Shown piece after piece: positions 1 through 8,929 of a stretch of 64,000 nt of DNA. Source of the stretch: an uncultured Actinomycetes bacterium (GTDB lineage Bacteria > Actinomycetota > Thermoleophilia > RBG-16-64-13); NCBI GenBank assembly GCA_963814415.1, contig CAWFCN010000001.1, positions 854,529 to 918,528 of the forward strand, written 5' to 3'. Position 1 is the stretch's first letter, and every line of letters starts with the position of its first letter. A program made the translations under genes and the position numbers. Below the pieces are notes generated by a model, which was given only the letters and a program-made list of their open reading frames with translations, was not told the DNA's origin and did not search any database.

Positions 1-77
1 TCCTCGCGGCACACGATGCCAAGCAAGAAGAGACGGCCAAGAAGTTCGAAGACCTGCTGGGCAAGGGCGCAGAGTAA
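1..77 (+). CDS. 3' end of an unidentified upstream gene (partial; ...LAAHDAKQEETAKKFEDLLGKGAE*)
   Basis: An open frame enters from the window edge and ends at TAA 75-77. It is too short to assign a family. Confidence 0.3.
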   Translation, partial: LAAHDAKQEETAKKFEDLLGKGAE

Positions 78-99
78 CAAGCGAATCGGAGGCGATCCA

Positions 100-702
100 A
101 TGAGCGAATGGTCCATGGCGGGCAAGCCGGCTCTGCTGGTGGTCCATATGCAGAACTCCCTCTGCAAGGTAGGCGGCAGTCTGGAGGGCATGGGGCACTG
201 CAAGGCGGCTCGGGATGCCGGCATCATCTCCAACATCGAAGCTCTGCAAGAGGCTTTTCGCGCCAAGGGCCTGCCCGTGGTCTTTGTGGTCGCTCAGCAC
301 CCTGCCAAGTTCCACGTTCCGGCCTACGGGCCGTTCTGGCCCGCGGCTCGGGATCTCGACGTGAATCTAGCCGGCACCGAGGACGTGCAAGTTATCGACG
401 AGCTGGCTCCCGCCCCCGGCGAGAAGACCTTCTACAATTGGCCCTTCAACGTCTTTCGCATCAACAAGCTGGAGAAGTACCTGCGCAAGCAAGGGGTCGA
501 GACAGTGGTGCTGACCGGTGTGGCCACCGGCATGGCGATAGGTCACGCGTCCTTCAGCCTGGCCGACCGGCTGTTCAGCCTGATAGTGCCCTCCGACACC
601 TGCGCCGACGAACGCGCCGGACTGCACAAGGCAGTGCTGGAGCAGATGCTCCCGCCCATAGGGCTGATCACCACCACAAAGGACGTGATCGCGCACCTGT
701 AG
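100..702 (+). CDS. isochorismatase-family (cysteine-hydrolase fold) protein, non-canonical active site
   Basis: The ATG at 100 is preceded by GGAGG (88-92, 7-nt spacer). The fold signature is KPALLVVHMQN ... VVLTGVATGMAIGHAS. The usual Asp (vvDmQN) reads His and the nucleophile Cys (ATDxCV) reads Ala. Confidence 0.7.
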   Translation: MSEWSMAGKPALLVVHMQNSLCKVGGSLEGMGHCKAARDAGIISNIEALQEAFRAKGLPVVFVVAQHPAKFHVPAYGPFWPAARDLDVNLAGTEDVQVIDELAPAPGEKTFYNWPFNVFRINKLEKYLRKQGVETVVLTGVATGMAIGHASFSLADRLFSLIVPSDTCADERAGLHKAVLEQMLPPIGLITTTKDVIAHL

Positions 703-718
703 GGCGCTGGTGGGCTTT

Positions 719-1714
719 CTAGGATGCCAGGTTCGAGATCAGCTCCAGTAGGGAGAGGTCGGCCATCTTCTTGTTGGTGATGACCTCCTGTAGCGGCACC
801 AGGACCAAGTCCTCTCCACGGATGCCCACCATCAGGTCGGACTCACCCGCCAGCAAAGCCTCTACCGCTCGCGCCGCCAAGCGCGTGCTCAGGATGCAGT
901 CACGCGCGGTGGGGCGTCCGCCCCGCTGGATGTGTCCCAGCACCGACTTTCGCACCTCGTGACCCTGGCAGTGCTCGGTCAGATATGCCGCCATCTCTTC
1001 TGCGGTGCATGTGCCCTCGGCCACTATCACTATGGTGTGGAGTTTGCCCCGCTTCGACGCGTACTCCACCATGCGACAAGCCTCGGCTTCCGGCCGCTCG
1101 GCCTCAGGGATGGCCACCACCTCCGCACCACCCGCCAGGGCAGCGTGCAGGGCCAGTTCGCCCGAACCACGCCCCATGACCTCCACGACGAACACGCGGT
1201 TATGGGCAGAGGCGGTATCACGTATCTTGGAGACTGCGTCGGTGATGGTGTTGAGGCAGGTGTCGTAGCCTATGGTGGCCTCGGTGCCCCACACGTCGTT
1301 GTCTATGGTGCCGGGGATGCCCACGGCCGGGAAGCCATTCTGGCAAAGCGTATGAGCACCACGCAGAGAGCCGTCACCGCCTACCACCAAGAGGCCGTCC
1401 ACCTTGAGCAGGCGCAAGGTCTCCAGTGCCGCCTCTTGGCCCTGGGGGGTGAGCATGCGAGAGCAACGGCCCGTGCCTAGGATGGTGCCCCCGCGGTCGA
1501 TGATGCCGGCGACGCTCTGGGCCTGCAGATCGATGGACTCCCCGTCGATGACCCCGTCATAGCCGTACTTGAAGCCCGTCATGCGGGCGCCAAGGGCTAT
1601 GCCGTGCCGCACGGCGGCCCTGATGGCCGCGTTCATGCCAGGGGAGTCTCCCCCGCTGGTGACGATGCCTATGTGCACAGCGACCCCCTTGCCCGTGGAT
1701 ACTGATGACCTCAC
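719..1714 (-). CDS. pfkA: ATP-dependent 6-phosphofructokinase
   Basis: Contains IGIVTSGGDSPGMNAAIRAAV, GGDGS, PGTIDND and MGR motifs. The true start may be the internal GTG near 1684 (VAVHIGIV...). Confidence 0.9.
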   Translation of the reverse strand: MRSSVSTGKGVAVHIGIVTSGGDSPGMNAAIRAAVRHGIALGARMTGFKYGYDGVIDGESIDLQAQSVAGIIDRGGTILGTGRCSRMLTPQGQEAALETLRLLKVDGLLVVGGDGSLRGAHTLCQNGFPAVGIPGTIDNDVWGTEATIGYDTCLNTITDAVSKIRDTASAHNRVFVVEVMGRGSGELALHAALAGGAEVVAIPEAERPEAEACRMVEYASKRGKLHTIVIVAEGTCTAEEMAAYLTEHCQGHEVRKSVLGHIQRGGRPTARDCILSTRLAARAVEALLAGESDLMVGIRGEDLVLVPLQEVITNKKMADLSLLELISNLAS

Positions 1715-1919
1715 CGCACCATGCGAATGTAGCAGACGGGCAGCCAGAGCGCCGGGCTATTCGTCCGACCCCGGGTCGAGGCGTCCCTTGCCCGACGGCT
1801 GGCACAATCTCCCCGTCTCGCGCTAAACTCACGCTAGCAAACGGTCATGTGCCCGCTAGGCTCCATGCGTGAGCACTCAGGCATGAAGAGCTGTGTTGGC
1901 GCGAACGAAAGGGGAAATC

Positions 1920-2003
1920 GTGGCGACTGGCTACATCATACTGATCGTTGTGGCGGCCGTAGCAGTAGTAGCGGGCGTCGTCTACTTCATGAGGAAGAAG
2001 TAG
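1920..2003 (+). CDS. possible 27-aa single-pass membrane peptide (VATGYIILIVVAAVAVVAGVVYFMRKK)
   Basis: GTG start with AAAGGGG 5 nt upstream, a hydrophobic helix plus a basic tail, and a strong hairpin 21 nt downstream. Low-GC third positions argue against it. It is not in the supplied ORF track (different frame from 1847..2044). Confidence 0.25.
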   Translation: MATGYIILIVVAAVAVVAGVVYFMRKK

Positions 2004-2023
2004 TTCTAGACCTGGGCCAACAC

Positions 2024-2063
2024 CCCGGCCGCCGTCTCGGGTGATGCTTGAGACGGCGCCGGG
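2024..2063 (+). terminator. GC-rich stem-loop (14 bp with one bulged C, 11-nt loop), no U-tract
   Basis: cccggccgccgtctc / gagacggcgccggg inverted repeat read directly from the sequence. Confidence 0.3.
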
Positions 2064-2159
2064 AGCACCATTGCAGCCTCAGACGGCTCCAGGTTCGTCT
2101 AGTCCCCTGCCTTCGCTCTCTCGAAGGCCTTCCACTCCGTTTGCAGACGTCCCACCATT

Positions 2160-2202
2160 TTATCCGGGTGATATTGACTCAATCGTTATACCCGGGTAAA
2201 AT
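2160..2202 (+). promoter_or_regulatory. sigma70-like promoter (-35 TTGACT 2174-2179, 17-bp spacer, -10 TAAAAT 2197-2202) bracketed by inverted repeat TTATCCGGGT / ACCCGGGTAA
   Basis: The hexamers and spacing are read directly. The inverted-repeat arms at 2160-2169 and 2190-2199 flank the -35 and overlap the -10. The site lies 36 nt upstream of the DUF2239 gene start. Confidence 0.45.
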
Positions 2203-2237
2203 AGGCGCACCTTGACGTCCGTAAACTAGGAGCAACC

Positions 2238-2852
2238 ATGGGCCACGACCCCAGCAATCCGCAGACGAGTGATCTCAGCTGCATCGCATTTTCCGGTCAG
2301 ACCTGCGTCGCAGCAGGAGCGCTGCCTCTGGTGGTGCGCGAAGTCAAGATGACACTCGACGCCGACGGCAACTCGAGCGTGATCATCCTAGACGCGGCCT
2401 CCAGCGAGACTATCGAGGTGGACTTGCGAGGCACGCTGGACGAGGTTCTTGCCCGCGTCAGCCCAGCCTCGGCAGACACGGGCATCCCGCTGACCGCGGC
2501 TCCCGGCCGGCCGAAGTTGGGGGTGGTCGCTCGAGAGGTCACGCTGCTGCCGCGGCACTGGGAGTGGCTGTCCGAGCAACCCGGCGGAGCCTCGGTGACC
2601 CTGCGCAAACTGGTGGAAGAGGCGCGTCGCTCCACGGCCAGCGAGACGGCCCTCCGCCGCGCACGCGAGGCGTGCTACCGCTTCATGACCGTCATGGCCG
2701 GCGACGAACCAAACTACGAGGAGGCGCTTAGAGCGCTCTTCTCAGGGGACCAAGAGCGGTTCCACGCCCTCACGGAGCAGTGGCCGGCGGATGTGCGCGA
2801 CCACGCCCGGCGGTTCTTTCCCGCGGGCGTGGTCACTGATCCGAGTCGCTAG
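2238..2852 (+). CDS. DUF2239-family protein
   Basis: AGGAG lies 6 nt upstream of the ATG. The N-terminal pattern C-x-AF-G-x-x-x-x-A-x-G-x-L and LLPRHWEWL...LRKLVEEARR match my recollection of DUF2239 proteins of about 200 aa. Confidence 0.55.
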   Translation: MGHDPSNPQTSDLSCIAFSGQTCVAAGALPLVVREVKMTLDADGNSSVIILDAASSETIEVDLRGTLDEVLARVSPASADTGIPLTAAPGRPKLGVVAREVTLLPRHWEWLSEQPGGASVTLRKLVEEARRSTASETALRRAREACYRFMTVMAGDEPNYEEALRALFSGDQERFHALTEQWPADVRDHARRFFPAGVVTDPSR

Positions 2853-3070
2853 GCGGAGGCCGGCCGAGTAGCGCGACAGGCCTGAGCCCCTCCGGGCCTC
2901 ATGCAGAAACCTGCGCGCCCCTCTTCCGTCTCCTCATAAGCACCAGTCCGGTCGTCGCCTTGATCCTCGCGGCCGGTGCGACTGCGTTCATGGTGGTCCG
3001 CAAGAGACGGTGAGTTCGCGCACGTGCCAGGCCACGCTCTCGACGTCTAGGCCAAACCTTGTGACCGCAC

Positions 3071-3712
3071 CTACTGAGGCTTCGGCACCGCGATGGTCTC
3101 AAGGATGTTCTCAAGGATCTTGTCGGCAGTCCCGTCGGTGATGAACTGGTCGAGGCCCTGAAGGAGAGCGAAATCCTTTGCCCACCCTAGTCCCATCAGA
3201 GTCCAGCCAATCACCCTAGGGTCGGCATCTTGGCGGATACTACCCTGCCTCTTGCCCTCTTCGACGATGTCCATGAACCTCTGGAGCACTATCAACTGGT
3301 TCCGTCCCATCCGCTCTGTCAGGCCCTCCGCAGGGGTGGCTGCCACCAACTCGAAGAGCGGCACCACCACCCATTCGTGATTGGGTCCTATTCGAGTCTC
3401 GTGACTCGAACCGGACAGGTCGCGCAGGCGCTCAAGCATGTTCGGGTTGGAGGATGAGTCAAGCCAGGCCAGCACGCGTTCGAGAATCAGGTCCGAGGCG
3501 GCCTCGAGTATCTCCTTCCTGCCCGAGAAATGGTTGTAAAGAGAAGGCGTCGCGATGCCAGCGGCCCGCGCGATGCGGCCGAGAGTGGCCGCACGGATAC
3601 CCTCGTGCGCGATGATCTCCAGGGTGACCGCCACGACCTGAGCCCGCCGCTCATCTCTTGTCCACCTGCCGCGGTGGGCAGGTGTTCCTGCGCCCGTCTC
3701 CTGCACCCACAA
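3071..3712 (-). CDS. TetR/AcrR-family transcriptional regulator
   Basis: N-terminal HTH (IIAHEGIRAATLGRIARAAGIATPSLYNHF), about 210 aa. It is divergent from the ferredoxin/flavoprotein operon. Confidence 0.85.
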   Translation of the reverse strand: MWVQETGAGTPAHRGRWTRDERRAQVVAVTLEIIAHEGIRAATLGRIARAAGIATPSLYNHFSGRKEILEAASDLILERVLAWLDSSSNPNMLERLRDLSGSSHETRIGPNHEWVVVPLFELVAATPAEGLTERMGRNQLIVLQRFMDIVEEGKRQGSIRQDADPRVIGWTLMGLGWAKDFALLQGLDQFITDGTADKILENILETIAVPKPQ

Positions 3713-3767
3713 CCTCCGTCTGATATCTGACCCCTAGTCCCTTGACACGATACCAGCTGACATGTTC

Positions 3768-3785
3768 TACTAACGACCATTAGTA
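3768..3785. promoter_or_regulatory. perfect palindrome TACTAA-CGACCA-TTAGTA, candidate TetR operator; TTGACA at 3742-3747
   Basis: An AT-rich 18-bp palindrome in the TetR / ferredoxin divergent intergenic region, read directly. Confidence 0.35.
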
Positions 3786-3825
3786 AGTGTGGTCCTGGGT
3801 GCTGATGCAGGGGAGTTCCACCGAC

Positions 3826-4068
3826 ATGAATGCCATTCAGATCGATCTTGATGCCTGCAACGGCTGCGGAATCTGCTACAAGGCCTGCTTCGTCGACGTG
3901 ATCCGCTGGGACGAAGACTCCGACCGGCCGCTGGTGGCCTACCCGGAGGACTGCGTCCAATGCAATCTCTGTGAACTCAATTGCCCGGTGAACGCGATAG
4001 ACGTGATCGTCGACTGGGACAAGCCGTTCCCATCGGTGCTCGAGCGAGGTCAGAGGTATCCGGCATGA
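3826..4068 (+). CDS. 2x[4Fe-4S] ferredoxin (AprB-like small subunit)
   Basis: Contains CNGCGICYKAC and CVQCNLCELNCP motifs. Its stop overlaps the next start (ATGA). Confidence 0.8.
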   Translation: MNAIQIDLDACNGCGICYKACFVDVIRWDEDSDRPLVAYPEDCVQCNLCELNCPVNAIDVIVDWDKPFPSVLERGQRYPA

Positions 4069-5789
4069 ACGAGCTGAACAGACTGGGCACCGTCCATGAG
4101 ACTGATGTTCTCGTACTCGGTGGCGGAATAGCCGGGCTGGCTGCGGCGATCACAACGAAGGAGACATCTCCCGAGACCCGTGTGCTCGTGGTCGACAAGA
4201 ACTTCAGCGGTTGGGCAGGCCAGGCGAACAAGGGCGCGGGTATCTTCATGGTCCTTGGCCCGGACGACTCGGTAGACCGGTTCCTCGACTACCACACGCA
4301 CAACATCGGCATGTTCCTGGAAGACCAGGGACTCCTCGCCGAGTTCGCTGCCGAGACCCTGGCCACGATCGACAGACTCGATTCCTGGTGCCATACGTTC
4401 TGCCGCAACGCCGATGGCAATCTGGCCACTGAGATCTTCAAGCCCACTCTCCCTTGGCGACTCGCGGCAGCTGAGCACGACACCCAGATGAAGGTCCAGC
4501 GCCACGCCAAGCGTCTGGGTGTCGAGTTCCTCGAGAAGATGATGGTGGTGGACGTCCTGAAGCAAGGGGAGCGTGCGGCGGGAGCCATAGGTTTCAGCAC
4601 GCTCGACGGTTCATGCCATCTCTTCCGGTCGAAGGCCGTGATCGTTGCCACCGGCGGCCAGAACTACCGCATCCTTTCGATGTGGAGCGCTGGCCGAGGT
4701 GACGGGATAGCCGCTGCCTACCGAGCCGGCGCCCAGATGCGAAACGCGGAGTTCGGGTCCTTCATGCAGCTCGTGAACAAGCGGAGCAAGGAACCGCTGT
4801 TGGGCGCCGAGGACGCGCTCTACAACGCCAAAGGCGACCTTCTCTCCACATGGAGGCGGGAGTTCGAGCCCGACATCGATGCTACCGCCGCTGCCGTGTG
4901 GTACCGGGAGATGCTGGCCGGCAACGGTCCTATGGTGACCCACAACGACGAGAACTGGCTGCTTCAGAACACTACCAAGGCGCACGCGGAGAAGGGTGGC
5001 CACGGCAAAGTCGCGCCAGGCGGGTGGAACCGGCCCAAGGCAGAGGCATTCTGGAAGTGCCTCATCTCCAAGACGGCGGCTGCTGACGGCCGGGGTCCAG
5101 TGTCTGAGGTATTCCCAGGCTTCATCGGCGAGCTCTCGCCGGTCAGGGTAGACCGACAGATGGCGACCACCGTGCCCGGCCTCTTCGCGGTCGGCAACAC
5201 GGCCACCAGCGGGTGCGCCATGGCCGGTGCCGTTCCCGCTTCTCCAGGGAGGGTCCGCGGCAAGGCCCTTACTTCGTCCACCTGGATGGGCATCCGGGCC
5301 GGGGCCGCGGTCGGCGAATACGTGGCCGAAGTGTCGGTGGGCCAGCCCGACAGCAGCCTGGCTGCTGCTCGCAAGGAGCAGATCTTCGCGCCGCTGCACA
5401 AGACGTCCGGCATGCGACCGATCGACTTGGTGCGGGAGGTGCAGGCAGCCATCGCTCCTGTCGGCTACTCCATCTACAAGAGAAGGGACAGGATGGAGGA
5501 GGCGCTCGACTTGGTCTTGCAGGCCCGGGAGCGCATACCCGACCTGACGGCGGAGGACCCTCACTACCTGGCTGCGGCACACGAAGCCAGAGCTATGGTC
5601 CTGTGCGCGGAAATGTTCTATCGAGCTTCGCTCGCCCGTGAAGAGTCACGGGGATGGCATCTACGCGAGGACCACCCCGAACGCGATGACGCGGCGTGGC
5701 TCAAATGGATCCTGTTGGACGATAGAGAGGGAAAGATGCACGTATCCACCGAGAACGTGCCCGTCGAGCGCTACCCATTCAAGCCCTAG
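4065..5789 (+). CDS. FAD-dependent oxidoreductase of the SdhA/FrdA/AprA flavoprotein family
   Basis: Has an N-terminal DVLVLGGGIAGLAAA dinucleotide fold and a C-terminal ESRGWHLREDHPERDD motif typical of the fumarate reductase / APS reductase flavoprotein family. Confidence 0.8.
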   Translation: MNELNRLGTVHETDVLVLGGGIAGLAAAITTKETSPETRVLVVDKNFSGWAGQANKGAGIFMVLGPDDSVDRFLDYHTHNIGMFLEDQGLLAEFAAETLATIDRLDSWCHTFCRNADGNLATEIFKPTLPWRLAAAEHDTQMKVQRHAKRLGVEFLEKMMVVDVLKQGERAAGAIGFSTLDGSCHLFRSKAVIVATGGQNYRILSMWSAGRGDGIAAAYRAGAQMRNAEFGSFMQLVNKRSKEPLLGAEDALYNAKGDLLSTWRREFEPDIDATAAAVWYREMLAGNGPMVTHNDENWLLQNTTKAHAEKGGHGKVAPGGWNRPKAEAFWKCLISKTAAADGRGPVSEVFPGFIGELSPVRVDRQMATTVPGLFAVGNTATSGCAMAGAVPASPGRVRGKALTSSTWMGIRAGAAVGEYVAEVSVGQPDSSLAAARKEQIFAPLHKTSGMRPIDLVREVQAAIAPVGYSIYKRRDRMEEALDLVLQARERIPDLTAEDPHYLAAAHEARAMVLCAEMFYRASLAREESRGWHLREDHPERDDAAWLKWILLDDREGKMHVSTENVPVERYPFKP

Positions 5790-5805
5790 CCCTTGGAGGC
5801 GACTC

Positions 5806-7569
5806 ATGTCAGCGGACCTCGCCAACAGAAACTCCCTGACCAAGGAATACGACCTGCCTGTCCCTATGCGGGACGGCGTGCTTCTGCGGGTCGATGTCTA
5901 CCGCCCCGACGCACCCGGGAAGTTCCCGGTGCTGTACACCTGCGCCATGCACAACAAGGATCTGCAACGGGTAGAGGTCGCGGAGAACCTGAAGGTCGGG
6001 CAGCCGGCGTGGTCGACACAGTGGTACGGGGTGATCGAGGCCGGTGACTCCAAGCGCTTTGTGGCCAACGGATACGTGCACGTCATCAGTCAGGTGCGCG
6101 GCGGCCACAAGTCGGAGGGCCAGCTTGGTGTCGGGGATGAATGGGATCACTACGACACCATAGAGTGGATCACGCAGCAGCCGTGGTGCGACGGGAATGT
6201 CGGCATGGTGGGGCTGTCGGCGTTCGCCGCGGAGCAGTGGAGGGCGGCCGCCCAGGGCCACCCCGCGCTCAAGGCGATCTTTCCGTTGGACGCCGGGGGC
6301 TGCTATGGAGGTCTAGAGGGCTTTAGAGATCAGCATCCAGGTGGCGTCATCCAGACTATGCCGTACCACATCGGGCTGTTCAACAGCATCCACACGAACA
6401 TCGGCACGCCCCCTGAATTGCCGCCTCCAGTCGAAGCCGCGTGGGAAGCGGCCATGCAGAACCCGGACTACATGATGTACGTGAATCTGTACAACATCCT
6501 CACGATGCGTGGGCAGCGGGATCCGGGCATGTTCTATCCGCTGCTGTTCCCATTCGAGCGCCCAGGCACCATAGAGCAGACCGAAGAAACACTCAAGAAG
6601 ATACGGATCCCTTTCGTGACGGGAGCCTTCGAAGGCGCCTACACCTACAAGATGCATTGGCAGGGTGCGCAGCACTTCTTCTACGGTGTCGACGTCCCTC
6701 ACAAGCATCTATTGGTCACTCCTCCTGCCCATGCCGAGCGCCCCTTCCACCAGTGGCATGACGAGATCATTCGCTGGTACGACCACTGGCTCAAGGGCGT
6801 CGACAATGGCGTCGAGAACGACCCGGCGGTCAGAATCTGGGTCATGGGCGAGAACAAATGGCGTACGTTTGACGGGTGGCCGGTTCCTGAGACCAAGTGG
6901 ACCAAGTACTACCTGCACAGCTGGCAGAAGCTGGACATAGCCGGTCATCTGCCGGCGACGCAGACGTTCGTCGATGAGCCCCCCGATGCCTTCGTGCAAA
7001 TGCCGCCCACACAGACCAACGACATCGAGCGGCTGCGCTACTTGACCGAGCCGCTTGCCGAAGACACTCTGGTCGTCGGTCCTATCTCCCTAACCTTCTG
7101 GGCCTCGCTCGACCAGGACGACACAAACTGGATAGTGGTGGTCAAAGACGTGGGCCCCGATTTCTCCGTGCAATCGGCTCGGCCGGGCGAGCGGGAGGTC
7201 CCCGCTGGGTTGCTGGAGAGAGAACTCACTCGAGGTTGGCTGAAAGCCTCGCGCCGCGCTCTCGATCCAGAGCGTTCCAGGCCCTGGAAACCATGGCACT
7301 ACCTCAGCCCCGAGACGATCAGGCCCGTAGTGCCAGGCGAGGTGAACGAGTACCAGGTGGAGATCCTGTCGACCGCCAACCTCTTCAAGAGGGGGCACCG
7401 GATCTGCCTGGAGATCACCAGCCTGGACCTGGCTGAAGGCGTAGCCGGCGAGACCTTCGCCGAATACATCCCCAACCACGTGTGCTCAAGCAAGACGGTG
7501 CTGCACAAGGTGTTCCACAACGCCGACCACCCGTCGCACCTGCTGCTGCCGGTCATAGCCCAAGAGTAG
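5806..7569 (+). CDS. CocE/NonD-family (S15 X-Pro dipeptidyl-peptidase-like) hydrolase
   Basis: GGAGG lies 6 nt upstream of the ATG. Has MRDGVLLRVDVYRP, the nucleophile elbow GLSAF, and a C-terminal beta-sandwich region ending HRICLEITS. Confidence 0.8.
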   Translation: MSADLANRNSLTKEYDLPVPMRDGVLLRVDVYRPDAPGKFPVLYTCAMHNKDLQRVEVAENLKVGQPAWSTQWYGVIEAGDSKRFVANGYVHVISQVRGGHKSEGQLGVGDEWDHYDTIEWITQQPWCDGNVGMVGLSAFAAEQWRAAAQGHPALKAIFPLDAGGCYGGLEGFRDQHPGGVIQTMPYHIGLFNSIHTNIGTPPELPPPVEAAWEAAMQNPDYMMYVNLYNILTMRGQRDPGMFYPLLFPFERPGTIEQTEETLKKIRIPFVTGAFEGAYTYKMHWQGAQHFFYGVDVPHKHLLVTPPAHAERPFHQWHDEIIRWYDHWLKGVDNGVENDPAVRIWVMGENKWRTFDGWPVPETKWTKYYLHSWQKLDIAGHLPATQTFVDEPPDAFVQMPPTQTNDIERLRYLTEPLAEDTLVVGPISLTFWASLDQDDTNWIVVVKDVGPDFSVQSARPGEREVPAGLLERELTRGWLKASRRALDPERSRPWKPWHYLSPETIRPVVPGEVNEYQVEILSTANLFKRGHRICLEITSLDLAEGVAGETFAEYIPNHVCSSKTVLHKVFHNADHPSHLLLPVIAQE

Positions 7570-7661
7570 GGCGGAACGGCATAGCTGGGGGGATATTGGA
7601 TTTGAACAACCCCCGCTCGACAGTCAGGCGCCTGCGATATGCAATGCCCTGAAGACGAAGA

Positions 7662-7692
7662 AGGGGCCGCCCCGCTCCGCGTGGCGGCCCCT
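7662..7692. terminator. bidirectional stem-loop between convergent genes (10-bp stem aggggccgcc / ggcggcccct, 11-nt loop)
   Basis: A perfect inverted repeat. On the minus strand it is followed by the pyrimidine-rich CTTCTTCGTCTTC. Confidence 0.5.
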
Positions 7693-7716
7693 CGTAGTCC
7701 TGTTCCCTTTAGCGCC

Positions 7717-8856
7717 CTAGAGACCGAGGCTCCTCGCGATCACCAACCGGATGACCTCTGAGGTGCCCTCGCCGATCTCCAGCAGCTTGGAGTCGCGCAG
7801 GTAGCGCTCCACCGGGAACTCCTTCATGTAGCCGTAGCCACCGTGTATCTGGATGGCCTCCAGTGCCGCCTTGGTGGATATCTCACTGCCGAAGAGCTTG
7901 GCGTAGTTCGCTTCTTTCGCATACGGCTTGCCCTGGTCTTTGAGCCAGGCCGCCTTGAGGTACATCAGGCGGGCGAGTTCGATGTTCATGGCCATGTCGG
8001 CCAGCTTGAACTGCACGGCCTGGAACTTGCCTATGGGCTGCCCGAACTGCACGCGCTCCTTGGCGTACTTGAGCGCCGCGTCCAGACAAGCCTGCGCGAT
8101 GCCCACGCCCATGGCGCCGATGGCTATGCGGCCGCCGTCCAGCACCACCAAGAACTGCTTGAAGCCCTCGCCCCGCTTGCCCACCAGATTCTTCTCGGGC
8201 ACGCGCACGTTGTCGAAGGTGAGCTCGGTAGTGTTGCTGCCGTGCAGGCCCATCTTCTCGTAGGCCGCGCGCACGCTGAACCCGGGGGCGTCGGTGGGCA
8301 CGATGATGTCGCTGATGCCCTTGGTGCCCACGCCCTTGTCGGTCATGGCCGTGATGGTGACGAACTTGGCGTAGCTGGTATTGGTGATGAAGCACTTGCC
8401 GCCGTTGATCACCCACTCGCCGTTCTCCAGCACCGCGGTGGTCTTGGTGCCACCGGCGTCAGAGCCCGCTTCGGGCTCGGTGAGGCCGAAGGACCCGATG
8501 CTCTCGCCGCTGCAGAGTCGGGGCAGATACTCCTGCTTCTGCTCCTCGGTGCCAAAGAGGTAGATGGGCATGCAGCCCAGCGAGATGTGAGCCTCGTAGG
8601 TGATGCCGGTGGACGCGCACGCGCGGGTGATCTCCTCCAGAGCCAGACAGTAGCTGGTGTAGTCGGCGCCCGAACCGCCGTAGGCCTCGGGGATGGGCAG
8701 GCCCATCAGACCCAGGTCGGCCATCTTCTTGATGATGTCGGCGGGGAAGGTGCCCTTACTGTCTATCTCGGCCGCCTTGGGGGCGATCTCGCGCTCGGCG
8801 AAATCCCGCGCCGTGTCGCGGATGAGTTGCTGGTCTTGAGTCAGTTCGAAGTCCAC
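7717..8856 (-). CDS. acyl-CoA dehydrogenase (short/branched-chain type)
   Basis: 379 aa with full-length ACAD signatures (GLTEPEAGSD, QIHGGYGYMKEFPVERYLRD, IGEGTSE). Confidence 0.9.
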   Translation of the reverse strand: MDFELTQDQQLIRDTARDFAEREIAPKAAEIDSKGTFPADIIKKMADLGLMGLPIPEAYGGSGADYTSYCLALEEITRACASTGITYEAHISLGCMPIYLFGTEEQKQEYLPRLCSGESIGSFGLTEPEAGSDAGGTKTTAVLENGEWVINGGKCFITNTSYAKFVTITAMTDKGVGTKGISDIIVPTDAPGFSVRAAYEKMGLHGSNTTELTFDNVRVPEKNLVGKRGEGFKQFLVVLDGGRIAIGAMGVGIAQACLDAALKYAKERVQFGQPIGKFQAVQFKLADMAMNIELARLMYLKAAWLKDQGKPYAKEANYAKLFGSEISTKAALEAIQIHGGYGYMKEFPVERYLRDSKLLEIGEGTSEVIRLVIARSLGL

Positions 8857-8929
8857 TTGTCACCTTTCCATCGGGCCGCGCGCATCAGAAGGCAACCATC
8901 GACCGGTCATGATACCGAAGCCGCCGCGA

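Noticed and set aside
13-2930. 
   Set aside because: 
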